Positions 50,775-63,895 of a stretch of 64,000 nt of DNA are shown here, one piece after another. Positions within the stretch are counted from its first letter, which is position 1. Every line of letters starts with the position of its first letter. Below the pieces are notes generated by a model, which was not told the origin of the DNA, did no database searches, and worked only from the letters and a program-made list of their open reading frames with translations. The position numbers and the translations under genes are program-made. Source of the DNA: Octopus bimaculoides (Eukaryota). The DNA is taken from NCBI RefSeq assembly GCF_001194135.2, contig NC_068981.1:115681528-115745527 (forward strand). Reading direction: 5' to 3'.

Positions 50775-52252
50775 NNNNNNNNNNNNNNNNNNNNNNNNNN
50801 NNNNNNNNNNNNNNNNNNNNNNNNNNNNNNNNNNNNNNNNNNNNNNNNNNNNNNNNNNNNNNNNNNNNNNNNNNNNNNNNNNNNNNNNNNNNNNNNNNNN
50901 NNNNNNNNNNNNNNNNNNNNNNNNNNNNNNNNNNNNNNNNNNNNNNNNNNNNNNNNNNNNNNNNNNNNNNNNNNNNNNNNNNNNNNNNNNNNNNNNNNNN
51001 NNNNNNNNNNNNNNNNNNNNNNNNNNNNNNNNNNNNNNNNNNNNNNNNNNNNNNNNNNNNNNNNNNNNNNNNNNNNNNNNNNNNNNNNNNNNNNNNNNNN
51101 NNNNNNNNNNNNNNNNNNNNNNNNNNNNNNNNNNNNNNNNNNNNNNNNNNNNNNNNNNNNNNNNNNNNNNNNNNNNNNNNNNNNNNNNNNNNNNNNNNNN
51201 NNNNNNNNNNNNNNNNNNNNNNNNNNNNNNNNNNNNNNNNNNNNNNNNNNNNNNNNNNNNNNNNNNNNNNNNNNNNNNNNNNNNNTTTTACTCTAATAGA
51301 AACGGAATTACTGATTTAATAACACTCCAAAAATTATGACGCTAATCGAAGTATATTATACTTAAATTATTTTGTGCCAAAATAACGTTCACATGTACAA
51401 ATTCTACGTGTTGACCCAAGCTGTTTGAAAAAGGTGTGTCTTCAGAAAGACAAGACACTTTGGATATTGTAGCCTTGACCCATAAAGCGCTGGGATTTGT
51501 ACTTACATAGCATGGACTGCTGAGCACATTTTATGAAAATGAAACTACTGTGCACACATTAAAAAAAAAAAGATAGCTAGAATATCTTCTTAGTATATAA
51601 TGGTGACAAGTTTTACATCATCTGAAGTCATTAGTTGAATTATTAGTCCTCTTGCATTCTGGCGGGTATCGGAGCATTTGAGTGACATTAGACCTCAACA
51701 AATGCTCATAAAGTAAATGCATCTATCTGGGCCTCGATCGTGGCCTGTCAACCTGTGCCTGACGGCCTCGATGGTGGCCCGTCACGCTTTATGTGTTAAG
51801 TACCAACTGGAGTGGGCATGGGTGGAATGCTTTTGATCATAGGTTTGTTCAATCAGGTTTGGGGTCTTATCTGTTGCTGTCACAATTTTTGAAATTTGAA
51901 ATATTGGCGCAATTTTTCACGTTGAATCTGATTCTGTTATACATTTATTTTAGAAAAACGTTAAAGAATTAAAGTTTGATAAATTTTACTCTATCAAAAA
52001 AGAGAATTCGGAAGCTGGTATTTTCTACGTGATAGCTGCCTATTACAAAATGAAATCAGAAACATTACAACGATGAATCGTTATTTAATAAAATAAAAGC
52101 AAAACATTACAACGACAAAAGTCGTAAGACATGTTGAAGTTTTAAGTTTTAATGACTGAAATAATGTGAAACGATCGAACAGATATGTAAATAATTTCAA
52201 AAGGAAAAAACGAAATTTTGTGAAAAATTACAAAAAAATGTACGTTAGTGTT

Positions 52253-52337
52253 TAAGGTTAAAGTTAGGGTGTAGGGTAAGTTTAGGGTTAAAGTTAGGGT
52301 GTAGGGTAAGTTTAGGGTTAGGGTTAGGGTTAGGGTT
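52253..52337 (+). repeat. Interstitial degenerate (TTAGGG)n with a 30-bp higher-order duplication
   Basis: 52261-52290 and 52291-52320 are identical, followed by pure TTAGGG units. Confidence 0.85.
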
Positions 52338-53638
52338 TAAACGATTGAACAGGCAAGTAAATTATTTAAAAAGGAAAAATTACAAAAAAAAAAAAGCTAC
52401 GTTATAGTGTAGTAATAGTTGAGTTCTTGTTAACAAAGTACATTTTTTGCAACAACAATTCAAAAAAAGGAACTTCAGAAAATAGGCACTCGTCAAAGAA
52501 AATACATGTGGTGGTAGTTTTAAGCATTTAAGGTGCCTATAGTAACAGCTTGCTTGTTACTATGCAAACAGGCATCAATGTGCCCGTAGCTTTCGATTGA
52601 CTAAAATTACCCAAAATTTGCAAATTTTCAAAGCTATTGATTTTTTATTCATTCATTTATGGTAAAAATGAATTTCATTTTCAGAATTAATATAGAAAGC
52701 TATACCAGTACTCTCGATTTGAAAACAATTGGAGCAAAAAGAAAGAAAGAAAGAAAACGTGACAGCAAAGATAAATTTGATCTAGAACATTGGGTAGGTT
52801 TCGAAATTCAGATGTGTGACAGCTATTCTCCTGCCCCCTAAATGCCGCTAAGTGGTAAGAATTTAATCGAGAATTGAAAATGCTTCGCTTTACCTGCTTG
52901 CCTGGAGCTCACCTATTAACTCTACATCATTATTGTAAAAACTTAAGTAAAACTGCCACACGCATATCTTAAATTCAGCGTAACTAAAAAGTGTACCCTG
53001 CAGACATTATTTCCTCATGTATTTCTTAAACACTTTTTTAAAGAAATTTTCCATAGATACGTTTTCGTTGGTGTGCACTACGATTAAGGGTTTTAAATTT
53101 TATGAAGATAAATCGTTCTCTACACGCTGAATATATCTCCGGAAAATTTTACGGAACCATACGTATTTTAAAGGAAGTCATAGGGAAACAAAGACGTGGG
53201 GTACACACTTACGCAGTTAAGACTCTATTCGTTAAAGACTGAAGCTATTTGTGTGGCTGTTAACGTGAGAAGATAACCTTACAAAATATCATTAATACAT
53301 TTTAATACAAAATGCCAAAAGCAGTACAATTTATAAAATTAAAAGAACACCCAAAACTATTCATGCCTTTCGATACATAGCAATATAGCTAGACATAAGA
53401 AAAAAAAGGTTTGCATATAGAATGTACTCATAAAAGGAAATTGTTGAAAGCAAACTTGAATTTTACGGGTAGTTTAATAAACCATTGATTTTATAAAGTA
53501 TACTTTAAAAACTATAATACAGGACACGGTATTTAAGTTTTAGATTTAAGTTTTAAATTAAAAAGATATGTATCCCGGGAAGGCCATAAAACAATGAATA
53601 AAAGGTAAATAAGTGGAAACTGAAATGAAATTACTAAC

Positions 53639-53755
53639 CCATTCGGCACAATTTTTTTTCATTAAGGTCGTTACATAGTTAAGAGCAAAAGACATAACAC
53701 CTACCACCTGATCGAAACCAATTTCAAACTCGTCTGTAATATCATCAATATCCAT
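53639..53755 (-). CDS. SOHLH2: SOHLH-like gene, putative first coding exon (MDIDDITDEFEIGFDQVVGVMSFALNYVTTLMKKNCAEW)
   Basis: ATG, 39 open codons, phase-0 donor GTTAGT matching the phase-0 acceptor at 46831. A TATATAA motif lies about 60 nt upstream. No homology support, so tentative. Confidence 0.55.
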
Positions 53756-55443
53756 CGAAATAAAATCAATTTCGTTTCGGTTATTGAAGTTTCTAGATAT
53801 TAATTGCGGTTATATATAAAGCAGTGAAACGAAGTCTAGAAATACATACACACCGTCATTACTGACAAATGTAGTATTTATGAAAGTGCAAACCAATTTA
53901 AGTCACGTGATAATTAACTGCTGAATTTTGAAAAAAATAAACCAAAATAAAAAAAAACAGGAGTCAAATTTCCGTTTATTCAGCAATATTGTAAAAAAAA
54001 ATTTATGTATGTATTGCAATAAAATATTTAGTGAAAAAAAAAAGTCAAGAAAGAGACAAATATATTTTTTAATTAAAAGAATTCATCTATGGTTGCAGTA
54101 TTGAAAAACAATAAAACGTTGCTTAGGCAGAAAGTTACCTTTTGTCTATGGACGGAAGAATCTATTCATTGTATTATTCAATGATAAATACTTTCAAATG
54201 ATAAATACCGCTTTGGTGGAAACTGAACACAGACTGTAGAATTACGAAGTAAATTAAGGTTATGTATTTTGTTTCCGACAATCGCTCTCAAGACACAGTA
54301 ATACAGGTTTGAGTTAAACATTTGTGGAGTAATTCTGATTCGTCTTTGAAGACGGATCACCTCACTTTCGTAACAAATACCTACATAATGCATAAACTCC
54401 TTACAACTTCTGCATCGCCTGTTAATCACCAAGAGCAAGAATCTTGGAGATTCTGCGTGGGTCACTGCATTTGCTAGAGGTAGTTAATTCTTACATTGGT
54501 CACACCTAACAATCCTAAGAAAAGCGGGAACTCATTGAATGATGTCGATTGTGATACTGAAGAAAAAAATATCGCAATGATCACAGTTGGAACATCGTTG
54601 ACCGTAAGTTTGCTTAATCAGGACTCGCCTGAGACTAAGTTACAGTATACATATGCTGTCACCGAGTTAAATCCGTAAACTTTGAAATACGCAACACATC
54701 TCGTAATGCAACAGCTTCACATCTATAAGATCCGGGGAGGGAACGCTCTGGAAGACTTCCTCAGTGTAATTTGTTTAAAGTTTTTGTTTCACTTACAAAT
54801 GTGTTATAATTCGATACAGCTCCCTACGTTTTAAGTAGAAAAATATGACGCAGTGGCGTTTATTCTTTTCCGAAGACTATTATCTGCATAAGGGAAGTTA
54901 AAATACGTCAAACTAGAATTGAAACCGCTACACAGATTTAATTTTCCTCCAGCATTAATATTTTCAATTGCAGCGTTTTCCAAGATTTGCTTTCTTCCAT
55001 TTCATTACAAAAGAGAACTTCAGATTTACGATATAAATTACATTCAATCTCCTAGTTTTCTTTTCTTTTTTTTTTCTCTTTTTGATTATGTACAAAAATC
55101 TGCAGTTTTATGGTAGAGTGTATTGATTAGGAAAGAGCGATTTCTGTTTTACTGAAGTAAAATTAGTGACCTAACAGAAATGGCTTATAAAGGAATCGGG
55201 TTTCCATTTGCATTAAATAAAAGCGCGTACAAATCCTGAACACGAGCAAGTTAAGATTTTTTTTTTTATCGTAAAAAGTAAATTATAATGCCAAGCAGAG
55301 AATCCGTGGAAATATGCTCGTGCGAAGCATGTCCGTGCAAACTGTTTCTGTATGAAGTGTAAGTACATCGTGCAGAATAACAGAGATAAATCGCAAATTA
55401 CAATGTTGTCATGGAAATCAGATAATATTTAAAGTATTTAGAC

Positions 55444-55714
55444 GAGTGGTTCTCAACTGGGGTTCTCATGACCGGGGGTGGGGTGGGGTGGGGGGCTGTT
55501 GATATAAGATTTTGTTAAAAATTATGTGCACTAAATTGGTTATGCTTCCACAATACACAAAATATTTTAACAATTTGTTAAGACAATTCCTAATAATATT
55601 TTAATTATAAAAATATAATAGGTTTTTTTAAAGCTTCAAATGGTTATAGGGCTCCTATTGGGGTTAAATAGGAATCAAAGGGGTTCACAGCCAAAGAATG
55701 GTTGAAAACCACTG
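55444..55714. mobile_element. hAT-like MITE related to 24840-25121
   Basis: AGTGGTTCTCAAC / GTTGAAAACCACTG ends. Flanks ATTTAGAC and ATTTACTC (6/8 match, possibly a decayed TSD). Confidence 0.6.
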
Positions 55715-55896
55715 ATTTACTCAGAGAAATGACTGTCACTAAATGCTCTACAGTATTTAGTTTTATCATTCTCTACGTTTTGCGTTCAAATAAGGTCAAG
55801 TTTAACTTCCTTGTTTTTGATCCAACAGACAAATAAATGAATAAATACCAATTAATAAATTAATTTATCGTGAGTGAATTTCCAACTGACTATATA

Positions 55897-56075
55897 TAAG
55901 GCGGCGAGCTGACAGAATCGTTAGCACGCCCGCCGAGCAAAGTGCTTAGCGGCATTTCGTCCGTCTTTACATTCTAAGTTCAAATTTCACCGTGGTCGAC
56001 TTTGCCTTTCATATCTTTCGGGGTGGATAAAATAAGTACCTGTTCGATGTAATCAACTTTCCCCTCCTCCTCTAA
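55897..56075 (+). mobile_element. SINE family A copy
   Basis: AAGGCGGCGAGCTGACAGAATCGTTAGCACGCC head. Confidence 0.85.
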
Positions 56076-56636
56076 AATTGCTCAAAAATTTGAGAGAAAA
56101 AAAATGCCTTGATGTAGTATTAGGCAGTGGCTCTCATATGGCTTTTATCTTAACTGATTGGCAGTGTTATCATGTACATCGTTTTGTCTTTGTATAAAAG
56201 ATGGGCTACAGCAAATGTTCTGCTCAATACCACAGATTTGCTTGTCAGTTGTTTGACCTTAACCAATCGAATATGTCCCTTAGTGGCTGATGATCTGTGC
56301 ATCTCTGATCATGAGCAGAAGGGGAACATCACAGCCATGTGTAGAGAGGAATTCTTATTGGTTTTGGTTAATTCACCTTTGGAAATGTGGATGTTTCGTT
56401 CAACATCCTCAATCAGCCCTTATTCAGGCACCTTTTGAGCAGGTAAGGCTACTCGACTTGAAGAAAATTCTAACTAGGCTTCACCTGCAAGGTCATGCGC
56501 TGTTTATCTTGATATGAGATCACCGTGTCGCGCACATATAGTTGTGATGCATATGCCTAGTACCCTTATCAGATGGGTACTGTCTTCGTATATTTTACCC
56601 CAGTGCCACTTTGATGGCATGCACTACTCACTCACT

Positions 56637-56637
<1 letters not shown>

Positions 56638-56720
<83 letters not shown>
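56638..56720. repeat. (ACT)n(AAT)n microsatellite
   Basis: Direct reading. Confidence 0.95.
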
Positions 56721-57095
56721 TAATAGATTCAAATTTAGGCACAATTATTCATCAATTATTATTATCATTATTATTTTCATTAGCATCTTCCTTCAATTCT
56801 GTTTCCATTTCTTGCCGAGTGTCTTCCTGACACTTAGGGCAGAGAAACGAACTGTATACATTAGTAGGCCATTAAAACGAACACACCAGATTGTTCATTT
56901 ACAGAGTCATGTGATAGAGAAAAAGGGGAAGACAGAGAGAAAAAAAAAAAAAGAAAATTAAACATAAAATAAAGGAGGGAAAAGAAAAGAATTTACAGAG
57001 ACAATGTTCTTCTCAGTATGTGTGACGTACCAGTTAAGACAATATTTTGCTCTTCCTTCATAGATGGTAAACCAGGGATGATTCATAAATAATTT

Positions 57096-57339
57096 TCAGT
57101 TCCTTTTTTTGATAATTTCAAGTGCTCCTACAATCACTGGTATTGTAACCGTCTTGAGATACCACATCTTTTCGATTTCGATTAGCAGATCTTTAGCAGA
57201 TTTGAGCTTATCAAATTCTTTTGCCGAGATGTTATGGTCACAGGGTATACTTTTGTCCTTCACAACAATATCTGGTTTATTTGCCCTGATGGTGCGATCT
57301 GTACATACTGGGAAGTCCCAAAGAATAATTACATTGGCC
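57096..57339 (-). mobile_element. R4/Dong-type non-LTR retrotransposon, C-terminal RLE fragment
   Basis: ILWDFPVCTDRTIRANKPDIVVKDK...KDLLIEIEKMWYLKTVTIPVIVGAL. Confidence 0.82.
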
Positions 57340-57845
57340 ACCGCCGCCATCCCTTTCAGGGATAGCCACCGTCAAGACCAGGTCTTGATTATTGCAGCCA
57401 CCCTGCTCGAAACCTCCGTCCAGTTCTTCTCTATATGGAGGCCTGGTTCAAACCAGACTCCCAGCAATTTAACCAGTCCCTCCGTCCAGCACTCAACAAT
57501 GCTGTCTGAAGGCATTGACTTGCCAACCCAGGTGCTGAACTGCAAGCTGACCGACTTTTCCCGGTTGATCTTTGCTCCTGCCACCGTCTCGTAAACCTCA
57601 ATAGCCTTACCCACTTCACGTAGGCGTGCTACTGTGGTAACGCTGATAGTGATATCGTCCGCGTAAGACCAAACAAACTCTTCTAAACCTGGTTCTCTCT
57701 AGATGTCACTCAACTTTAGCAGTAGGGGGTCAAGAACCACCGCATACAAAAGTGGTGAGAGCAGACATCCTTGACGAACCGAGCGTCTGATGCAGAACGG
57801 CTTCGGAAGGAAACCGTTCTCCCGAACTATCGAGTCAATGTGATA
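57340..57845 (-). mobile_element. L1/Tx1-clade reverse transcriptase fragment (degenerate)
   Basis: SVRQGCLLSPLLY...YADDITI...YETVAGAKINREKS...KLLGVWF motifs, with stops. Confidence 0.88.
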
Positions 57846-57923
57846 CAGATAATAATAATGTTAATAATAATAACAATAATAATAATAATAATAATAATTA
57901 TTATTATTAGTATTATCATTATT

Positions 57924-58128
57924 AAGGCGGGGAGCTGGCAGAATCGTTAGCACGCCGGGATAAATGCATAGCAGCATTGCGTCAGTCGCTGCGCTCTGAG
58001 CTCAAATTCCGTCGAGGTCGACTTTGCTTTTCATCCTTTCGGGGTCGATAAATTAAGTACCAGTTGAGTACTGGGGTCAGTATTATCGACTATCCCCACC
58101 CCAAATTTCAGGCTTTGTGCCTATAGTA
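57924..58128 (+). mobile_element. SINE family A copy, tail interrupted by the hAT element
   Basis: Full head to tail. The tail CTATAGTAGAAAAGATTATT resumes at 58827. Confidence 0.85.
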
Positions 58129-58826
58129 CAGTGGTTCCCAACCTTTTTGTGATCGCGTACCTCGTGGAGGTTTTGTACAGCCGCCACGTACCAGAAAAAT
58201 TCAGATATCAATTTAATTACAAGTAGAAAACACAAATGAACTAGCAATAAAGAACACAACTCAGTTTAATGCGAGGGCCGAATCTGTTTCTTCTCCACCA
58301 GCTGGTCAATGCAGGGCATAACCTTGTTTACAGCGCATCGGAAATCATATCCGGGCGCACCAAGAGGGTTCCGGCTCTTCGACTTGGTGGCCAGTAAGGC
58401 AGAGAACCCCTGCCCACACTTCCACGTAGAAGGGAAAATCAGTAGCTAGGGAACAGCGTAACGTGCTAGCATCGGGTACGAGAAGGCCATGCTTAGAAGT
58501 TTATAGGAGAGCATTCTTTGTGCTTCGTCTTTACTGTTTCGTGAACCTGGATATCTGTCACTCCATCTTGTTCCCCGGTCCCGACAGGCAGCTCGGCTGG
58601 TTCAACGGAGAATGTTTTGGCGATACAGTTGCAGCATGTCACATCCGAGAAGTAAGGTATCAACTCAGTCTTGAGCAGTGAGAGGTGACGGATGATTTCT
58701 TGGGCAAATTCATATTGAAAACGGCACAAACTAAAAATCGCTTATTACCCCGAAAGTGCTCGCGTACCACTTAGAAAGCCCTCGCGTACCACTAGTGGTA
58801 CGCGTATCACAAGCTGGGACCCACTG
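58129..58826 (-). mobile_element. Internally deleted hAT (Buster/Charlie-type) transposon with a transposase C-terminal remnant
   Basis: TIR CAGTGG.TCCCA.C, perfect 8-bp TSD CTATAGTA. Minus strand encodes LLIFPSTWKCGQGFSALLATKSKSRN...DFRCAVNKVMPCIDQLVEKKQIRPSH* (hAT dimerisation domain). Confidence 0.9.
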
Positions 58827-58842
58827 CTATAGTAGAAAAGAT

Positions 58843-58889
58843 TATTATTATTATCATTATCATTATTATTATTATTGTTGTTGTTGTTG

Positions 58890-58970
<81 letters not shown>
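58843..58970. repeat. (TAT)n compound microsatellite
   Basis: Direct reading. Confidence 0.95.
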
Positions 58971-58971
<1 letters not shown>

Positions 58972-59190
58972 GGCGGCGAGCTGGCAGAATCGTTTGAACG
59001 CTGGACGAAATGCTTAGCGGTATTTCGCCCGTTGGTACGTTCTGAGTTCAAATTCCACCGAGGTCGACTTTACCATTCATCATTACGGGGCCGATAAAAT
59101 AAGTACGAGTTAAACACTGGGGTTGATGTGATCCACTCATCCACCCCCACCAAAAATTGGTGCCATTGTGGCAAAATTTGAAGCATTATT
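58970..59190 (+). mobile_element. SINE family A copy
   Basis: AAGGCGGCGAGCTGGCAGAATCG head following (TAT)n. Confidence 0.85.
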
Positions 59191-59310
59191 ATTATTAAAA
59201 TTTTTTATTTATTGAAACATTATATTGAGCACCAGTGAAACACTGGAGCCGATATAATCGACTATCCCCCTTCCCCAAATTTCCGGCCTTGTGCCTATAA
59301 TAGAAAGGGC

Positions 59311-59359
<49 letters not shown>

Positions 59360-59371
59360 TACATATATATA

Positions 59372-59536
59372 GGAGTTGCTGTGAGGTAAGAAGGTCGAGT
59401 GGCTGCTTCCCAACCACACGGCTCCGGGTTCAGTCGCACTGCATGGCATCTTGTGCAAGTGTCTTCTACTATAGCCTCGGGCCGACCAAAGCCTTCTGAG
59501 TAGATTTAGTAGACGGAAACTGAAGGAAACCCGTTG
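59372..59536 (+). mobile_element. tRNA-derived SINE family B (related copies at about 19615-19790, and split across 23131-23189 / 24736-24825)
   Basis: GCTTCCCAACCACACGG...GGGTTCAGTC...GCAAGTGTCTTCTACTATAGCCTCGGGCCGACCAAAGCC...GACGGAAACTGAAG. Confidence 0.75.
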
Positions 59537-59539
59537 TAT

Positions 59540-59800
59540 ATATATATATATAATACAAATAATATGTGAGTATATGCATATATACGTACATGTATGTACA
59601 TACCTACATCTACATGTATATATAGATGCATATCTGGGTACAGGACGTCACAAAAAACCTGGACAAAATGAAAAACAGAACATAATCAGAGCACAGAAAA
59701 CACACAGGCCACATAGAGAACATTTCCTTCATCAGCTGTCACCATTTTAAAACTAAGCGTTTCGAAGTGTTAGGGCAGGACGCATTGTTAGAATGGCTCT
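59540..59800 (-). mobile_element. Penelope-like remnant, homologous to 4124-4430
   Basis: Same motif series as 4124-4430. Confidence 0.5.
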
Positions 59801-60231
59801 TCCCGCAGAAACAAATTTAATTTGTAATGCAGAGGAATATAGTGGCGAACAGAAAACACGACAGGAAAATAAAACAGTGAAAATAAACAAGAAGGGCTAG
59901 TAGGGCCGGACGTGAAAAAATATATATGTATACTGAACGCTGTGATGTGACGAAATGAAAGGAAAAGAGAAGTTCGTGCTAGCTTGGCAATGGCCAAGAT
60001 AAGAAAGGAAGCAGTAGCCGGACACATGTGACCAGCGAGGGGTAAGAAGAAAGAGTGGTAGAGAGAGAAAAAAGGGGAGAAAGTAGCATATAAGTGAGCA
60101 ACGAGAGACAGGGAGGAAGAGAGAGAGAGAGATATATATAGTAGTGAAGGGGAGAGGCGAAGAACAACAGAAGGAAGAACAAGAGGGGGATATATATGTA
60201 TATATGTATGAATGTGTGTATGTATTTGTGT

Positions 60232-60410
60232 CTGTGTTTGTCCCCCACCAGCGCTTGACACACCGATGTTAGTGTATTTACGTCCCCGTAACTTAGCGGT
60301 TCGACACTAGAGACCGATAGAATAACTCCTGAGGTCCATTTGTTTGACTGAAGTCGGTGCTCCAACATGACCGCAGTCATATGACTGAAACAAGTAAAAG
60401 AATAAAAGAA
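60232..60410 (+). mobile_element. SINE 3' module (related copy at about 9790-10010)
   Basis: TGTTTGTCCCC...CTTGACA...TTTACGTCCCCGTAACTTAGCGGTTCG...GACCGCAGTC..GACTGAAACA shared between the copies. Confidence 0.65.
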
Positions 60411-60825
60411 TAATTTATTTATACACACACACACACAACCACACACTCAAAAACTCTCACACACACGCACAGGCACGTATTTGTGTGTGAAGAACGGCGT
60501 CTACAGAATGACTGGGTGGTCCACAAGTTTTTGTCACCGACAGATTTTACATTTCCCTTTGATGTTGCATGTTTATGTTAGATATGAACAATATTAAGTA
60601 GACCCGTCAACAGCCGCTACCGCCATAAGGACTACATCAGTAACAACAATAACAAAATCTAGACAGTCATCGATTCTTCTTTATGTACGAGTAAAGATAT
60701 CAATCGACTCCCGTATAATGGGACGTGGAGCAACAAATGAACAAGAAAAGAATGGTTTATTATAACTCCTACCGTGTAAGAAAGTGAGGCTGATTGTAGT
60801 GGTTGTAGGGTGTTGGTGATAGTAT

Positions 60826-60887
60826 TAGTAGTAGTAGCAGTAGTAGTAGTAGTAGTAGTAGTAGTAATAGTAGTAGTAGTAGTAGTG

Positions 60888-60920
<33 letters not shown>

Positions 60921-60950
60921 ATAGTAGTAGTAGTGGTAGTAGTAGTTGTA
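60826..60950. repeat. (TAG)n microsatellite
   Basis: Direct reading. Confidence 0.95.
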
Positions 60951-62401
60951 GTGTTTGTTGGTGGGAGTTGTGGTGGTGGCGGCGTTGTAAATATAGTAGT
61001 GGTAGGAGAAAGTGATAGTTGTAGTTCTAATAGTGGTAGTCGTCACTGTAAAGAAATGCGTTGCAATTTTAAGGGTCGGAATGATAGTGTTAGCGTTGGG
61101 AGAGGTAATGACAATGACGATATGTAGTAAAAAAAAAAAGGCGGAGACGGGTAAATTTCACTTCAATTGTATACTTCGTTAACTTACTTGGAAAACTTAT
61201 TTAGGATAGCGTGGCATCTGATCCAGGAGGTGATTTCATCTGTGAAATGATATTAAAATTAGAATTATAAACTTGGTCCTTGAGATTTCAGGGTTCCACC
61301 ATATTTTTTTGAGTTTTCATTATACGAAGCATGGACAAGGTTCTGCATCATACGGCAGAAAAAAAAACTGTGTATATCAGTTGAGGTTATGACCACTTCC
61401 CTTCTTTATTTTGAAAAACAAATAGTATATTATTGATCTTCTTCCTAAGATGTGAATCATACTTTCAGTACTAATTCCTCAGAGACTGCATCGGTTGTCA
61501 CGTTTAAGTATTTTACCTATATTCCTATTAATTTTATGCATCAGGTATTTTGTTATTTTCTGTCATTGAATTGCAGAAGAATGCTCTTGAAAGTGATAAC
61601 TAATACAACGTTTGTTGATCCAAGGTAAACTATTTGGTTTTCTATGTTACTTTCATTCTGAAGTCTTTTCAAAAGAGAGCCACGTAGGGTCTTCTGCTGA
61701 TAGACAGGGTGCTGTTGATGATCTGTTGCGTAAGAGTTGTGCAACTTTTCTACGTCATAAATTGTAAAGGTGCTCCTCAAAGAATTCTCTGCCCCGGTCA
61801 TCTTTCCGTGAAGCACCTTTCCAATTTTCAAGACGCTATTTGTCTCATAGGTGCAGGTTCAATTCAGTCAACGTACGCTGTCGAAATGATATAATGCGAG
61901 TCTATGTTAAACCCTTGTCTCCTTTTCATTTTAGATAGAGAATGTGGAAATTTCTGAATGTAGTTAGTAGCTTTTAGGTTTCATTATCAAAGGCCCGGAT
62001 TTCATGAAACCGATTGACTTAAACGTTGGTCTGAGTACTGATTTAGCAAACACATTTTAAGCAATTGATTAATTGTAAACGGATAGCTCGGAACACCATG
62101 TGTTTACGCGTTCTTTATTAGGAGTACTTCAAGGAATATATTTTTGTCCATCACCTGCAAGATTCTTCGCAAGATACTCGAGAAATAGCGAAGTCATTGG
62201 AAATGGTGTTGCTAGAGTGGCTTCTAGATCTATCTTGGACAAATTCCATCCCTATATTCTCTGAGAATGTTGTAATCACGTTAAGGTTTTTCATATTATC
62301 CACATTCTTTTGTTTATTCTTTCAGGAATGTGTCAGGTTGGTGTTTCTGTCTCCTATGAGTCAATTATCAACCCTTCAGGTCTCTTTTGGACCCCACCAC
62401 C

Positions 62402-62432
<31 letters not shown>

Positions 62433-63821
62433 ACATCCAATTCATTGAAATTATAAATAGTATCTTTGCGGTCTGCGGTACCATATTCAATCGATGACAG
62501 TGCAACCACTTCAGAATGGTGGATGATGCAAGTTTGTGCCTGGTTTTGATTATGGATTCTGAAACTTCGAGAAGTAGAAGGGTCCTGAGCACTCACGACG
62601 AGGGTACAAGATTGAATGCTTCTTTTAATCCAGCTATAATGCAAACTAGTCTAAGTTTAGCTTGTAAGGTCTAGTGGTGGTGGTGGTGGTCACCATGAAT
62701 GTGGAGTCTATTGAAGGGCGCGAGTTGCTAATGTATGTAGTAGTGCACAGAATGGTGAAATGATGATCCTTGTACCCGAAAGTAATCGGAAACGTTCTCT
62801 GTGGGACAAGTCCGTTGTAGTTCAGGTTTCTGCCGCTAGAAGCCACTTGATGCAACCCTCAAGCATATCAGTCTGCCGACCGGCGGCGTTGTGTGGGATC
62901 ATACTGCCACATGGTACTTCTTTGTTTTGCAGTGCTTCTCTCCTGTTCGTCGATTTTTGCGATGGCTGAAACGAAGGAATAGCATGCTTCCGTGAAATTC
63001 TGTTTCCTGCTAGGAAACTTTTTTGATACAACTTTTTTGTTGTATGGGACCAAAGCTATGAAATTCGTCATGCTTTCTTCTATCATTGAAGCTAAGATAA
63101 ATATATTTTGCTTTTAAAATAAAACAGTTATTTAGATTTAAACATCATTGGTGGTGTTACTGACTCTCCTATAACGTTGCTACAAATTTTGATGCAAACT
63201 TTTTTCTACTGGATCAAATCTCAATATTTTTATGCCAAAAATGTAGCTAGGGCCCATTCCTCTTCAAAAATGTTAACAGTTTTCAATGTTGTTAAGAACT
63301 GAATTAGCAACAAGCTCTGAAAGATGCTGCATGTGAGTAAATTGCGGTCTTAAGAATATTATTCAACTACTACCGTAGTTGAATGATATGTTCCCTCGGT
63401 GCAACAACACTTCCGTTGTTTTTTCTCTCCTGACTAGTTTTGGGAGAGATATTTTACCCCTTCATGTCTGTCTGTTATTATTTCGTCTCATGTTATTGCC
63501 TTTCACTTCTCATCTATCTCAAAATAACTCAAAGAATTCCTTGTTTGAACTTGAGTCCGTTTGCTTTTTATTGGTTATGCTAAACAGAGACTGGATGTAG
63601 ATACTAGACTCCTTACTGTATGCATGGAAAACAAACTCCGCCCTCACACAGAAGATTTCCAGGAATTCGTCGGTTCGTCGGTTTGTTTGAGCGTTTGTTT
63701 TGTTTTGATTTTCATTTGTGTTTTTTTTTTATTTGTTTTGTATTTTGCTCTCCCATATATTTTGTTCTATTGGTACGTCTAACACGTGGAAGTTGAAATG
63801 ACTATTTTTAATGGCGTCTGC

Positions 63822-63852
63822 ATCATTATCATCATCATCATGATCATCGCAG

Positions 63853-63894
<42 letters not shown>

Positions 63895-63895
63895 A
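63822..63895. repeat. (CAT)n microsatellite
   Basis: Direct reading. Confidence 0.9.

Noticed and set aside
60810-61127. Poly-V/Y/T ORFs (also 56611-56961, 58756-58971, 59195-59458, 40504-41023)
   Set aside because: Translations of microsatellites.
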